Notes: generated by a model not told the origin, from the sequence alone. Positions 18,252-29,463 are shown, numbered from the stretch's first letter. The stretch is DNA of 64,000 nucleotides from Cyanobacteria bacterium RM1_2_2 (GCA_012033495.1 JAAUQT010000001.1:9204-73203), one strand, 5' to 3'. Numbers and translations are program-made.

Positions 18252-18991
18252 CTACGCCTGATTTAATCTGGTGATATCTAGGTGTTCCCCTGCGGCTTGA
18301 TCGAGCAGCCACCAAAGTTCTCCTTCCGGTTGAACCAGCCGGGCCGGATAGGTCATGTCATCTGCCGTATCAGCAAGAATTTGGGACAGAGCCGCCTGTT
18401 TTTCCGTCCTTCCACCACAAAAATGTCGCAGCGACCCTGATTAATCAAAGGAACCGTAAAGGTAATGCGAGGCTGCCCGTCTTTATTGCCCACGGTAATT
18501 AAGCGATCTTTAACCTGTAACGCCTCAGTGTGGGGAAACAGAGAGGCTGTGTGCCCGTCATCACCGATTCCTAGCAAAATGACATCAATCGCTGGAAACG
18601 TTCCGGGCTGAGTTTGAAATAATTGCTGTAAGGTCTGCTCGTATTTTTGGGCTGCCTTCGCTGGATCGGCTTCGTCGGTCGGCATGGGATAAATATTTTC
18701 TGCTGGAATCGGCACATGATTCAGCCAAGTGGCTCGCGCCATACCTGCGTTGCTGTCTGGGTGGTCGGGCGGCACGTAGCGTTCATCTCCCCAAAGTACG
18801 AGAAGTTTGTCCCACGGTAGGTCTTGCTGCGCTAGTGCTTCGTAAAGCGGTTTGGGCGTACTTCCTCCAGAGAGCGCAATGCTAAATCTGCCTCGATCGA
18901 GAATCGCCAAATGCAGCTTTTCCAGGATCAGATCGAGCGATCTTTGAATTAAACTCGCGTTATCTGGCAAAACCTCAATCATTCTGTTCAT
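18252..18991 (-). pseudogene. pgl: 6-phosphogluconolactonase, C-terminus displaced by a 1-nt frameshift as sequenced (probably an artefact)
   Basis: The sequence shows ALSGGSTPKPLY, WGDERYVP and ILLGIGDDGHTASLFP. After ...CDIFVVEG the frame breaks. The -1 frame continues as ...KQAALSQILADTADDMTYPARLVQPEGELWWLLDQAAG to a stop at 18252. The break lies within 18399-18409, at a T5 run or an adjacent GG. The start is taken at MNRMIEV; the track ORF starts at 19057. Confidence 0.75.
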
Positions 18992-19654
18992 GATTTTTTC
19001 GCGCTTGTTGCGTGTTGTAGGACTAACTGATTTGGGTGATTGCTCGTCGCTGAGCATCTGTTATCACTCATTAACGAACCACTCATTAACTCTTAATCAA
19101 CTATGTAGATGATGAGTTAAATCGTTGGATAGATTCGTAAGATGGATTTTTGTTTATCAACAGGCATTTTGACCCGCTCTACCCAATCTGGGCAAGAGGA
19201 ATGCCCTAATTCATCCTTCATTCCACTCCCTTGTCTACCGCTGCACCTATCTCTGAATGAGATATCACTAGAGTTAACCCTCTCTAATCAGCACACCATT
19301 AGAATTTCTTAAGAGTTGGCGAATTGCAGCTTGCCAAATGATGACCCTTTGAACACTGCCAGCTTGTCAGACAACTCGGCGACCTTGTTGCATTCCCTAC
19401 ATCAGAGGGCACTATAGCAACGTCAGCGTCATGCTGGATCTAGCCTCTTCCAGGTGCTTGTATCCCAGGAGCCTAACTTTCCTTCACATTTCATCAGCAT
19501 TCGCGCAGGTCTGTAAGATGGGTTTGCGAGAGTGACAGGCAAGTTGTGAGCAATCGTTGGTCATCAATTATTGATCATTAATCGAGTTTACGATTGCCAG
19601 TCTACGAAAGTTCCAGTTGAGAGCGTTTGAGTTAATCACCAAATTATTCATGCC

Positions 19655-20431
19655 ATGACCTCTAAGAAATTATCAAGCAGTCGGCCTGTTTCTTCCCTCA
19701 TTGCTCACATTCTCAAAACTGTTGGCATTGTGATTACGCTGGCTGCTTTGCTAGACATGTTCTTGCTTCCCATTCCCTACCAACTCGCCGAGCAACAGTG
19801 GCAGATCAACTTTGTTACTGCTTTTGTCGATCGGGGCATTGTGCCTCTGGTGGGTCTGGTGCTGTTTCTGACCGGCTTTGCCGTCGATGGATCTAGCGTA
19901 GAGCGTAAGGCCGCTTGGCAAGATCCGCGATTTTGGGCGTTTATTCTGGCTAGCGTGCTGGGGGTCGCCTACGTGCTGATGTTCCCATTTCACTTAAACA
20001 ACGTTCGCTTGGCGAATCAAAGCGCTATTGAGACGGTGAATCAACAGGCAACGCAAGCCGAAACAGAGCTAAACGAGCGGTTACAGTCTGAGATTGAAGC
20101 GCGTCGGCAACAGATTAGTCAACTTTTAACCGCCAGCGACGACCAGATTGCTCAGTTGGTTCAAGGCGGGCAACTGACTCAAGAACAGGCAGAGGTCGTG
20201 AAGCGGTTTAAGGCAGAGCCGCAGTCAGTTGAGCCTTTTTTGAAGCAGCAAGGCGAAGAGTTGCAAACCCAACTGCAAACCGAAATTGGTCTCCGCAAAA
20301 AGCAAGCACAGGAAGCCCGACGAACCGAAGATTTAAAGTCAGGATTACGGATTGGCATTGGCAGTTTGCTGCTGGCGATTGGCTTCAGCATTGTCGGATG
20401 GACAGGGCTAAGAAATCTTCGCCAAATGTAA
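19655..20431 (+). CDS. Membrane protein with central coiled coil (possibly HpsJ-like)
   Basis: 258 aa with four predicted transmembrane helices flanking a Q/E-rich coiled coil. The resemblance to the cyanobacterial HpsJ family is from memory only. It lies next to a GT2 gene. Confidence 0.45.
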   Translation: MTSKKLSSSRPVSSLIAHILKTVGIVITLAALLDMFLLPIPYQLAEQQWQINFVTAFVDRGIVPLVGLVLFLTGFAVDGSSVERKAAWQDPRFWAFILASVLGVAYVLMFPFHLNNVRLANQSAIETVNQQATQAETELNERLQSEIEARRQQISQLLTASDDQIAQLVQGGQLTQEQAEVVKRFKAEPQSVEPFLKQQGEELQTQLQTEIGLRKKQAQEARRTEDLKSGLRIGIGSLLLAIGFSIVGWTGLRNLRQM

Positions 20432-20486
20432 TGTTCGGCGTAATGCTTGCTTTTTTATTGACGGTTTCTACGGCGCTTCAAAACTT

Positions 20487-21401
20487 ATGTTCTCGATTTA
20501 CATCCTCACTTACAACGAAGAGCTAGACATCGCAGCCTGTATTGAGTCGGCTTTGTTATCAGATGATGTCATCGTTGTTGACTCAGTCAGTTGCGATCGC
20601 ACGGTTGAAATCGCCAAACGCTATCCGGTTCGCGTCTTTGAGCATCCGTTTGAGAGCCACGGCAAACAGCGGACTTGGATGCTGGAAACCATTCCACCTA
20701 AACATAAGTGGGTTTACATTCTAGAAGCAGATGAGCGCATGACGCCTGCTCTGTTTCAAGAGTGTGTGCAGGCGATTCAAACCCAGCAATATGTGGGCTA
20801 CTACGTGGCTGAGCGGGTGATGTTCATGAATCGCTGGATTCGTCGCTGCACCCAATATCCTCGCTATCAACTGCGGCTCTTGCAGCATGGCAAAGTTTGG
20901 TTTAGCGATTATGGGCACACAGAACGAGAAGTTGTGGATGGCGCTACCAGCTTTCTGAAAGAAACCTATCCTCACTACACTTGCGGCAAAGGCTTTAGCC
21001 GCTGGATTGACAAACACAACCGCTATTCCAGCGATGAAGCAATCGAAACCCTTCAGCAGCTAAAAAATGGCTCTGTTAACTGGCGCGACCTTTTCTGGGG
21101 TGTAACCGAAGTGGAGCGACGACGCGCCTTAAAAGACTTATCGCTGCGCTTACCCGGTCGCCCACTGATTCGGTTCTTTTACATGTATTTTTTTCTAGGA
21201 GGCTGTTGGGATGGGCAAGCAGGCTTTACTTGGTGCGTGTTGCAAGCGTTTTATGAATATCTGATTTTGCTGAAAGTTTGGGAAATTCAACATCTCCCCG
21301 TTCCTAGCTTGGACGTTGAAAGTTTGGATACCGAGAGTTTGAATACTGAAAGGCTGGATGTTGAGCTTGGTGGAATACCTAACTCTCATATTCATGTCTA
21401 G
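20487..21401 (+). CDS. Family 2 glycosyltransferase
   Basis: The GT2 fold signature is present: SIYILTYNEELDI, VIVVDSVSCDRT and ILEADE (DxD-like). The C-terminal tail has four 15-bp in-frame repeats (LDVES LDTES LNTER LDVEL). Confidence 0.85.
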   Translation: MFSIYILTYNEELDIAACIESALLSDDVIVVDSVSCDRTVEIAKRYPVRVFEHPFESHGKQRTWMLETIPPKHKWVYILEADERMTPALFQECVQAIQTQQYVGYYVAERVMFMNRWIRRCTQYPRYQLRLLQHGKVWFSDYGHTEREVVDGATSFLKETYPHYTCGKGFSRWIDKHNRYSSDEAIETLQQLKNGSVNWRDLFWGVTEVERRRALKDLSLRLPGRPLIRFFYMYFFLGGCWDGQAGFTWCVLQAFYEYLILLKVWEIQHLPVPSLDVESLDTESLNTERLDVELGGIPNSHIHV

Positions 21402-21599
21402 TGCTGATTGAGCAGGCAATCAGATTCGGTAATCTGTCCGGTGATTTGCCGGATTTAGTCTAGATAGGGCTACACCTTGCTACAATGACAGCGAGGTAAA
21501 CTTAGATTAAGAATTGTTTTGGGTTCTTAAACAGCCTTGATTCGATAGGCGAAAGAATGTGACACAACTGCCCGAAGCAGACCCCCCAAGGAGAGCATC

Positions 21600-22343
21600 T
21601 TGTCCATTCTGCAACGTTTAAAGCAAGATTTGAAAAACGACCTGATCGCTGGATTGCTGGTTGTTATCCCGCTGGCAACCACGATTTGGTTATCAATTAC
21701 GATTGCCAGTTGGGTTATTGATTTTTTAACGCGGGTTCCCAAACAGCTTAATCCGTTCAATGACCTGCACCCGATTCTGCTGAATTTGCTGAATCTATCG
21801 GTTGGGCTAACCGTACCGTTATTCAGCATTTTGCTGATTGGGCTGATGGCTCGCAACATTGCCGGACGGTGGTTGCTAGATGTGGGTGAACGACTGCTGC
21901 AAGCCATTCCGCTGGCAGGGGCAATCTACAAAACTCTCAAGCAACTACTAGAAACGCTGCTGCGCGACACCAACGGGAAGTTTCGCCGGGTGGTGCTGAT
22001 CGAATACCCGCGTAAGGGAATCTGGGCAATTGCTTTTGTGACGGGCGTCTTGAGTCCGCAACTCCAAACTCAGCTATCGGAAACAATGCTGAGCGTTTTT
22101 ATTCCAACCACGCCCAACCCAACTACAGGCTGGTATGCCATTGTGCCGGAAAGTGAAGCCGTGAGCCTAGCCATGTCGATTGAGGATGCCTTTAAGGTCG
22201 TGGTTTCAGGCGGAATTGTTAGCCCCAGTGCCACCACACTAAACGCAACTAGTACCTATGAGTCTCCCCAACTGGAAGCCCTGTTAGAAACGGCTCGCCC
22301 CGACCAGCGACCTTCTCTTCCAACGCTGCCTCTAGAAGAGTAA
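21600..22343 (+). CDS. DUF502-family membrane protein
   Basis: The N-terminus LKNDLIAGLLVVIPLATTIW and the downstream IPLAGAIYKTLKQ and RRVVLIEYPRKGIWAIAFVTG fit DUF502. The start is a TTG. Confidence 0.7.
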   Translation: MSILQRLKQDLKNDLIAGLLVVIPLATTIWLSITIASWVIDFLTRVPKQLNPFNDLHPILLNLLNLSVGLTVPLFSILLIGLMARNIAGRWLLDVGERLLQAIPLAGAIYKTLKQLLETLLRDTNGKFRRVVLIEYPRKGIWAIAFVTGVLSPQLQTQLSETMLSVFIPTTPNPTTGWYAIVPESEAVSLAMSIEDAFKVVVSGGIVSPSATTLNATSTYESPQLEALLETARPDQRPSLPTLPLEE

Positions 22344-22475
22344 AGCAAGCGGGTGCGCTTCAGACCAAAACCCAGTCAGCCGCCAGCTTGAACGCCTCCT
22401 AACCGACTGATCGAGTCGCGTAGGCTTTCATCGGTTCTTTGATAAACCGGATATAGAGATGGCGGAAGGTAGACT

Positions 22476-23369
22476 TCATGACGCGCGGAAGCCAAAATCA
22501 ATCGGCATCAAGCGTTCTGGTAGCTTCCAATCTGAAATTTGCAGATCGGCAGGCGACAATAGGGGAAACTCAATTTCGGTGAGGTTGGGGCAAAGTCCGA
22601 GCCGCTGTGAGGCAGCAACAGTCGGGATGCTGGCTGGCTCAGCGCCCAAAACTTCAATCATGGCTCGATCGAGGGCAAACACATTAGCAGACGCGCTCAA
22701 AATGCCGAGTTGACGGGGTTCACCGCCGCTAGGGCCATTGCCTTCATGCCCAATAATGCCATCCAGAATCGTCAGGTTTGGGTCAATGGTGCGAGCCGTC
22801 TCGACGAGCATGTTGCCAAACCGAGTGCTGTCCTTTCCAGCTTCCATATGCCACCACGCCTTCATTTTGCCAGGCACACAGCCAAACAGGTTTTTCACCC
22901 CCAGCGTTAGGGTTAGCTGCACATGGGACTTGACTTTGGGTAAGTTAATCACCACATCAGCTTCCATGGCTTCTCTGGAGAGAAGGAGATGGTTAAAATC
23001 TTGCCCCACGGTTTGATAGCGTCCGCCCTGAAAGTCGATGACCGGCAGATTAAGTGCTTCTAGCATCGGCCCATATCCGTTCGCCAACGCCACGCCTCTG
23101 GCACTGCCAAAAGCCGGACTGTCTCCCAAAAAGGGCTGTCCGCCTGCTTCCTGAACCAAACGTGCCACCCAGTAAACCACCTCTGGACGAGTAGTACATT
23201 CTTTGGTTGGGCGGGCCCCAGTCAACAAATTGGGCTTCAGCAAAACCCGATCCCCTGGCTTCACAAACGCCGCCATGCCGCCCAGTGGAGCCAAAACCTC
23301 TCTCAATGCTGCTTCCACCGTGGAATCGTCGTAGGATGCTGCCCGCACAAAGCTGACGGTCGCTGTCAT
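22476..23369 (-). CDS. DUF362 domain protein
   Basis: VLLKPNLL..., VKSH and GNGP motifs are arranged as in DUF362. 297 aa. Confidence 0.65.
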   Translation of the reverse strand: MTATVSFVRAASYDDSTVEAALREVLAPLGGMAAFVKPGDRVLLKPNLLTGARPTKECTTRPEVVYWVARLVQEAGGQPFLGDSPAFGSARGVALANGYGPMLEALNLPVIDFQGGRYQTVGQDFNHLLLSREAMEADVVINLPKVKSHVQLTLTLGVKNLFGCVPGKMKAWWHMEAGKDSTRFGNMLVETARTIDPNLTILDGIIGHEGNGPSGGEPRQLGILSASANVFALDRAMIEVLGAEPASIPTVAASQRLGLCPNLTEIEFPLLSPADLQISDWKLPERLMPIDFGFRAS

Positions 23370-23440
23370 AGTTTTCTCCTTTCGGTCTGCATTGCTTTTA
23401 TCTTAAAGGCTGCGCTTCTGTCTAACCAGGTTGGCTGACC

Positions 23441-23734
23441 TTATCTGCCTCGGTTCAAAGCGGTAACTCGTTCGGCGTTTGAGAAAATACCTTCGCCTTG
23501 CAGTTGATCTAAAGCGGGTCTAACTTCCACCTTGATGACATTGGCAATATTGATCATTACTGTTTGTTCTGGTAGGTTTAGAAGCCACCAGTCTTTTTGC
23601 AAAATGTGGCGGACTTCAATGCGAAGATCATGGTGTGTTTCATCTTCAAGCGCATCAGGAACCACAAAAGATTCGGTTTGCCCGTTGAGATAGTGAAACG
23701 TGAGTTGGGTGTAGGGATCAACTTGACTTTGCAT
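23441..23734 (-). CDS. Hypothetical protein (97 aa)
   Basis: The ORF is clean from MQSQVDPYTQLTFHYLNGQTESF; the track ORF starts at a TTG at 23773. No family recognised. Confidence 0.5.
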   Translation of the reverse strand: MQSQVDPYTQLTFHYLNGQTESFVVPDALEDETHHDLRIEVRHILQKDWWLLNLPEQTVMINIANVIKVEVRPALDQLQGEGIFSNAERVTALNRGR

Positions 23735-23992
23735 AGCACTGCTCCGAAGTTTCAGGGGTTTTCTAAGATTCAATAGCTTAAATGTACAACTGGAAAGGAG
23801 TTCATTCGGCTCTAATTTTTTAAAGAATGGGAATGTGCAGAGAGAAAACCGTCCTACTGGTGGACGCGATCCTCTGTCTCACGACGCAAAATTTGTCAAA
23901 GTTGGGATTGGTTTTGCAAACTGGCTTGCTTCACAAGATGCTGAACAACAAACACCAACTGCCTTTTCAAACCTTCGTCAGTAAGGGGAACT

Positions 23993-24709
23993 TTGGAACT
24001 TATGTCAGCGTCATTTAGAAGCGAAAGACCTCAAAGGCAATTTCTGTCCATGAGCAGTGAATCTTTACCCGTATCTTGGTCAGCAGTTGAGGCGATCGCT
24101 CCTCAAACTCCCATTTCCGCTGAGAAACTCTCGAATTACGACCTGATTTTGCAGTGCCAGGTGGGGCTGCGTCCCGGTAAAAGCCTCTTTGCCGAACTGA
24201 TGCGACGCTACCACCCTCATGTTGAAAAGCTCCTGTATCACCTTGCCCCAGATTGGAGCGACCGGGCTGATCTGGCTCAAGAAGTTTGGATTCGGGTTTA
24301 CCGTAATATCAAACGCCTACAAGAGCCAGCTAAGTTTCGCGGTTGGCTCAGCCGCATTGCTACCAACCTCTTTTACGACGAGCTACGCAAGCGCAAACGA
24401 GTGAGTGCCCCCTTATCTCTGGATGCACCCCTTACCGTAGAAGACGGAGAACTAGACTGGGAGTTGGCCTCAGCGACTCCTGGCCCGGCTGAAGAACTGG
24501 CAACCCAAGAGTTCTACGAGCACCTCCGCCACGCGATCGCCGATTTGCCTGAAGTCTTTCGCACCACCATCGTCTTGCGCGAGATTGAAGGAATGGCCTA
24601 CGAAGAAATTGCCGAAATTACGGGCGTTTCTTTGGGAACCGTGAAATCTAGAATTGCTAGAGCACGGCAGCGGCTTCAAGAGCAGCTTCAGCAGTATCTT
24701 GAGACTTGA
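23993..24709 (+). CDS. Sigma-70 family RNA polymerase sigma factor (ECF-like)
   Basis: Region 2 (DLAQEVWIRVYRNIKRLQEPAKFRGWLSRIATNLFYDELRKR) and region 4 (REIEGMAYEEIAEITGVSLGTVKSRIARARQRL) are both present. The true start may be the ATG at 24050. Confidence 0.8.
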   Translation: MELMSASFRSERPQRQFLSMSSESLPVSWSAVEAIAPQTPISAEKLSNYDLILQCQVGLRPGKSLFAELMRRYHPHVEKLLYHLAPDWSDRADLAQEVWIRVYRNIKRLQEPAKFRGWLSRIATNLFYDELRKRKRVSAPLSLDAPLTVEDGELDWELASATPGPAEELATQEFYEHLRHAIADLPEVFRTTIVLREIEGMAYEEIAEITGVSLGTVKSRIARARQRLQEQLQQYLET

Positions 24710-24938
24710 ATAGAGCATGGGTGGATTAAACCCATCATCCTATTCAATCCGCTGAATGTTATAGTCACAACGGTTCTGTAGTTCTTCAATTCAGTAGTCT
24801 TGTTTCATGCAGGACGATGAGTGAGCGGCAATTCTGCCTTGTGCAAGATTGCAAACTATTTGACGAATCGGTATTTGTAGATTATGCAAGATATTGATGT
24901 CGTTGAAACAGCGGGTTCTAATTCTAGAGACTCTGAAC

Positions 24939-25511
24939 ATGACCAACCATTTTGAATTTGAAGAATTCGACGAACACAGCAGCATTGTAGAGTCGCCCTG
25001 TTCTGAAATACGAGAAACGGGCTCAGAGCTTGCCCCAACCTCTTGCACTTCGCAACGTGATCGGTTTGAACTCCTAAGCGCCTATCTAGACGGAGAAGTG
25101 ACGGCATCAGAGCGGCGCCAAGTTGAGTCGTGGCTCGCAACAGACGCTAAAACTCAATGTCTTTATTCGCGCCTGCTCACCCTACGACAGGGGCTGCAAA
25201 CCTTGCCGATTGTCAAGTCTGAGCAAAGCGTTGAACAATTTGTTGATCAGATGACGGCTCGCCTCAACCATCAGCCGCGTCGCTGGATTTGGGGAGGTTT
25301 GGCAGTCGCAGCGATGTTAGTAGGTGCTATCTTCACAGCCGTCCCGCAAGATCGCTATGCTCCTTCGATTGCTGAATCCCTTGATTCAAGTGAGGAAGTT
25401 CCTAGTGCCGGCTTGATGATTGCGGTCAACCATCCACCGATCGAAATCCCAAATGCGGGTTCCTTCACCCACAGCGATTCTTATCCAAAACCAGAGACCA
25501 CAGTGCGCTAA
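24939..25511 (+). CDS. Putative anti-sigma factor (single-pass membrane protein)
   Basis: LSAYLDGEVTASERRQVESWL is a typical anti-sigma N-terminal motif, followed by one transmembrane helix (WIWGGLAVAAMLVGAIFTAV). The track ORF begins at 24894. Confidence 0.55.
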   Translation: MTNHFEFEEFDEHSSIVESPCSEIRETGSELAPTSCTSQRDRFELLSAYLDGEVTASERRQVESWLATDAKTQCLYSRLLTLRQGLQTLPIVKSEQSVEQFVDQMTARLNHQPRRWIWGGLAVAAMLVGAIFTAVPQDRYAPSIAESLDSSEEVPSAGLMIAVNHPPIEIPNAGSFTHSDSYPKPETTVR

Positions 25512-25606
25512 GGTTTCGACTGAAAAGAAGACGTTTTTAATTGGGGCTTGGTTTGTCTGAGCCTCATTTTAGGTTGCTTAGTTTGATGAGTCAGGCTGAG
25601 CCGGAA

Positions 25607-26047
25607 CTAAGCAAGATAGGGGTTGCGCTGACCAAACCATTGGCCTTCAGGCAGCAAAACGCCACCCAGTCGTTGTACTCGCGCTGCTTCCATGCAGTAA
25701 GTCCAGGCCCAGCCGATGGGTTGATGCGCTAGGCTAAACACCTCTGCTTTGACTCGAACATATTCGTTTTGGTAGGGTAGTCGGGCTGGATTGTAGTCCT
25801 CTAACTCGTCCAACGTTGCCAAAATGCCAGGATCGGCGAAGCTGAGTAGGAAACCATAGATGGGCGAGCAACCCGCTGTCAGCGCAGGATATCCCAAAGG
25901 TAAGTCGTATAGCTGCCCCAAAACCATCGCTTCTACAACTTTGCAGTGATTTTTGCAGTAATATTCGTAATTTTCTTCTCCAGGTTTTAGGGTGCCGTAG
26001 ACGAAAACTCGAACTTCCTCAAACGCATCGCTGAATTCATCATTCAT
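25607..26047 (-). CDS. Gamma-glutamylcyclotransferase (AIG2/GGACT-like) family protein
   Basis: VFVYGTLKPGEENY is the family signature. 146 aa. Confidence 0.75.
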   Translation of the reverse strand: MNDEFSDAFEEVRVFVYGTLKPGEENYEYYCKNHCKVVEAMVLGQLYDLPLGYPALTAGCSPIYGFLLSFADPGILATLDELEDYNPARLPYQNEYVRVKAEVFSLAHQPIGWAWTYCMEAARVQRLGGVLLPEGQWFGQRNPYLA

Positions 26048-26107
26048 CGCTCATCATTCCTTTAGAATGGTGTAAAACCAGTCCGCTCATCCAGAGGAGT
26101 TCAGTTC

Positions 26108-28677
26108 GTGGAGTCCCGCTATAATCCGGCAGAAATTGAGGAAAAGTGGCAGCAGCTTTGGGCAGAACAGGGTGCAGATCTGACCCCTGAAGCAATAAAA
26201 AAGCCTAAGTTTTATGCGCTGTCGATGTTTCCCTACCCATCCGGAAACCTGCATATGGGGCATGTCCGCAACTATACCATCACTGATGTGCTGGCTCGCG
26301 TGCGCCGAATGCAGGGATACCGCGTCCTGCATCCAATGGGTTGGGATGCGTTTGGGCTTCCGGCTGAGAATGCAGCCATCGACCGAGGCGTTCATCCGGC
26401 GCAGTGGACGTATCAAAACATTGATCAGATGCGGGCCCAGTTACAGCGATTAGGGCTTTCCTATGACTGGAACCGTGAAGTCACGACTTGCTCTCCTGAA
26501 TATTACCGCTGGACGCAATGGATCTTTTTAGAATTCTTCAAAGCGGGCTTAGCGTACCAAAAAGAAGCCGCTGTCAATTGGGACCCGGTTGACCAAACGG
26601 TATTGGCTAACGAACAGGTCGATAGCGAAGGGCGCTCTTGGCGGTCGGGGGCGAAGGTGGAACGGCGCTTATTGAAGCAGTGGTTTTTCAAAATTACCGC
26701 CTACGCCGAGCAGTTGCTCAAAGATTTGGATCAGTTAGATGGCTGGCCAGAGCGGGTCAAGCTGATGCAGGAAAACTGGATTGGCAAATCAATTGGGGCA
26801 GAAGTCACCTTCAAAACTGAAGCAGGCGATGCGTTGCCTGTTTTCACAACCCGCCCCGACACGCTATGGGGAGCGACCTTTATGGTGCTGTCGCCTGAAC
26901 ATCCGCTGGTGGAAAAGCTGACCACAGAACAGCAGGCAAAAGCTGTTCAAGCTTACCAAACGGCAGCCGCAGCCAAAAGCGAAATTGACCGCACCGCAGA
27001 CGACCGGGAAAAACGGGCGTCTGGACAGGCAGTTATGCCATGAATCCGGTGAACGACGAGAAAATTCCGGTCTGGATTGCCGACTATGTGCTGATGGGCT
27101 ACGGCACAGGGGCAATTATGGCGGTTCCGGCCCACGACCAGCGAGACTTTGAGTTTGCCAAAAAGTTTTACCTCCCGATCAAAGTGGTTGTGCAGCCGGT
27201 CGATCAGCCCATTGATGCTGCCACAATGACCGAGTCCTATCCTCATGATGGCGTGATGGTGCATTCGGATGCATTAGACGGCATTCCGGCAGGCAAAGGG
27301 GCTGGGCAAAGTGTAGAAGCCGCTATCCAGTGGTTGGAGAACCATCAAAAAGGTAAAGGGACTGCCAACTATCGGCTGCGCGATTGGTTGATTTCCCGGC
27401 AGCGCTACTGGGGATGCCCGATTCCAGTTGTTCACTGTCCTGAATGCGGAATTGTGCCTGTCCCTGATGCAGAACTGCCCGTCCAGTTGCCTGAAGATGT
27501 AGAGTTTTCCGGTCGCGGCGCTTCTCCTCTGGCGAAGTTATCCAACTGGATCGATGTGCCTTGCCCCACCTGCGGGACGCCTGCCCAGCGGGAAACTGAC
27601 ACAATGGACACGTTTATCTGCTCTTCGTGGTACTTCCTCCGCTATCCTGATGCGGGCAACGAGCAGCAGGTATTTGATCCAGCCAAAACAAACGACTGGA
27701 TGCCGGTCGATCAATATGTTGGCGGCATCGAACACGCGATTTTGCACTTACTGTACTCGCGGTTCTTTACCAAAGTGTTGCGCGACCGAGGACTGCTCAA
27801 CTTCGATGAACCCTTCAAACGGCTGCTAACCCAAGGCATGGTGCAGGCGGCTGCTTACAAAAATTCCAACACTGGAAAATATTACGCGCCTAGTCAGCTT
27901 GACCTAACCGATCCCAAAGATCCAACCACGGGTGAACCGCTGGAAGTCGTGTTTGAGAAAATGTCGAAGTCTAAATATAACGGCATCGATCCCGAACAGG
28001 TGTTGTCCAAATATGGGGCTGATACCGCCCGGATGTTTATTCTCTTCAAAGCGCCTCCAGAGAAGGATCTAGAATGGGATGATGCGGATGTTGAGGGGCA
28101 GTTTCGCTTTCTCAACCGAGTTTGGCGGCTGGTGACAGAGTTTGCCGATCGTGGAGCCGAGCCCCCTGCAAGCAGCGACTCTCTCACCAAAGCGGAGAAA
28201 GATTTGCGCTACGCGATTCACTACGCCATTCAACAAATCACCGAAGATTTGGAAGGCGAATATCAGTTCAATACGGCAGTTTCGGAATTGATGAAGTTGA
28301 GCAATGCTCTAACAGATGCACCTTGCAAAACGTCGCCAATTTATGCAGAAGGAATCGCCACCCTGGTTAAACTGCTGGCTCCCTTTGCGCCTCATCTGAC
28401 TGAAGAACTGTGGCATCAGTTAGGGCATACTCAATCTGTGCATCAAGCAACTTGGTGTCAGGCTGATCCATCTGCGTTGGTGGTAGATGAGATTGCTCTG
28501 GTGATCCAAATTATGGGTAAAACACGCGGTACAATTCAAGTCCCGGCTCAAGCAGACAAATCAACCCTAGAAGAGTTGGCGCGAGAATCCGAACTGGCTC
28601 AAAAATACATTGCTGGAAAAGAAATTAAAAAGGTGATTGTTGTCCCTGGTAAACTGGTGAACTTTGTCGTGGAGTGA
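26108..28677 (+). pseudogene. leuS: Leucine--tRNA ligase, split by a 1-nt frameshift as sequenced (almost certainly an artefact)
   Basis: The HMGH motif ([13 protein letters not shown]) is in ORF 26108-27043 and KMSKS is in ORF 27040-28677. Adding one A to the A5 run at 27009-27013 gives ...[32 protein letters not shown], the normal LeuRS sequence. Confidence 0.9.
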
Positions 28678-28692
28678 TGTGAGGAGAGCGTC

Positions 28693-29391
28693 ATGAAGCC
28701 ACGCCAATTGATTCAGTTATTGCACCCCCTGCTTGGAGTTGGACTTTCTCTGTTTGTGGGTTGCACACTGCTACCATCCAATGATATTTCTACATCCGAC
28801 CCTTCAGTTGCGGCATCGGGAGCGTCCCCTTCCCAAACTGCTTCACCAACGCTGTCTCCAGGTCAACAGCGTCCCGATACTCGAATTGTGCCAATGGCAA
28901 TTGAGGGCGAGATGATCGAGATGGAGTTGGAACTGTTTGATCAGTCGCCACTTCCATTTACAACCTATGTCCCCACAAACGACTTTCAGAATGAGGTAAA
29001 TAGCTCCAAGCAAGGCACGGTGGCTCAGTTTTTCTTCAGTCCTACGGGTAAAAAGGACGAAGCCGCTTATGTACAAATTTTTCTACCCGCTCGCTATACC
29101 AGCATTGAAGATATGCGAGAATTGCTGCTTAGTGATCAAGGCTTGCTAGCAACAAATAATTGGCAGTTGGTCGATCGCACTGATATTGTCAGCTACCCTT
29201 GGGCGAGAGAAAAATTGATCTATCAGCAGCAAGTCAAAGAGCAAAATTTTGTCGGCTCGATCTACATCGGCGATTATCAAGGGCGAGCTTTTTATGCCCT
29301 CACTCACTATCCAGCCGAGTATGTAGATGGATTTGAACCACGATCGACAATTATGCTAGAAAACTTGCAGTTTAGGGATGAAAACTCCTAA
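28693..29391 (+). CDS. Hypothetical lipoprotein
   Basis: Signal peptide ending in the lipobox LFVGC, then a Ser/Pro-rich linker and a globular domain. No family recognised. Confidence 0.6.
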   Translation: MKPRQLIQLLHPLLGVGLSLFVGCTLLPSNDISTSDPSVAASGASPSQTASPTLSPGQQRPDTRIVPMAIEGEMIEMELELFDQSPLPFTTYVPTNDFQNEVNSSKQGTVAQFFFSPTGKKDEAAYVQIFLPARYTSIEDMRELLLSDQGLLATNNWQLVDRTDIVSYPWAREKLIYQQQVKEQNFVGSIYIGDYQGRAFYALTHYPAEYVDGFEPRSTIMLENLQFRDENS

Positions 29392-29463
29392 CTTTAGTTT
29401 GGGCTGTTTGTTTAAGCCAGTTTAATTGAACCAAATGATGAAGCCAATCTGTTTGGAAAAGAA

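Noticed and set aside
26108-28677. Treating leuS, tig, pgl and sucC as genuine pseudogenes or as programmed frameshift sites.
   Set aside because: All four are otherwise intact and highly conserved. Each break is repaired by adding one base, for three of them certainly and for pgl probably within a short homopolymer. LeuRS is essential. Four independent inactivations of this kind in 64 kb point to systematic homopolymer undercalling. This still needs read-level confirmation.
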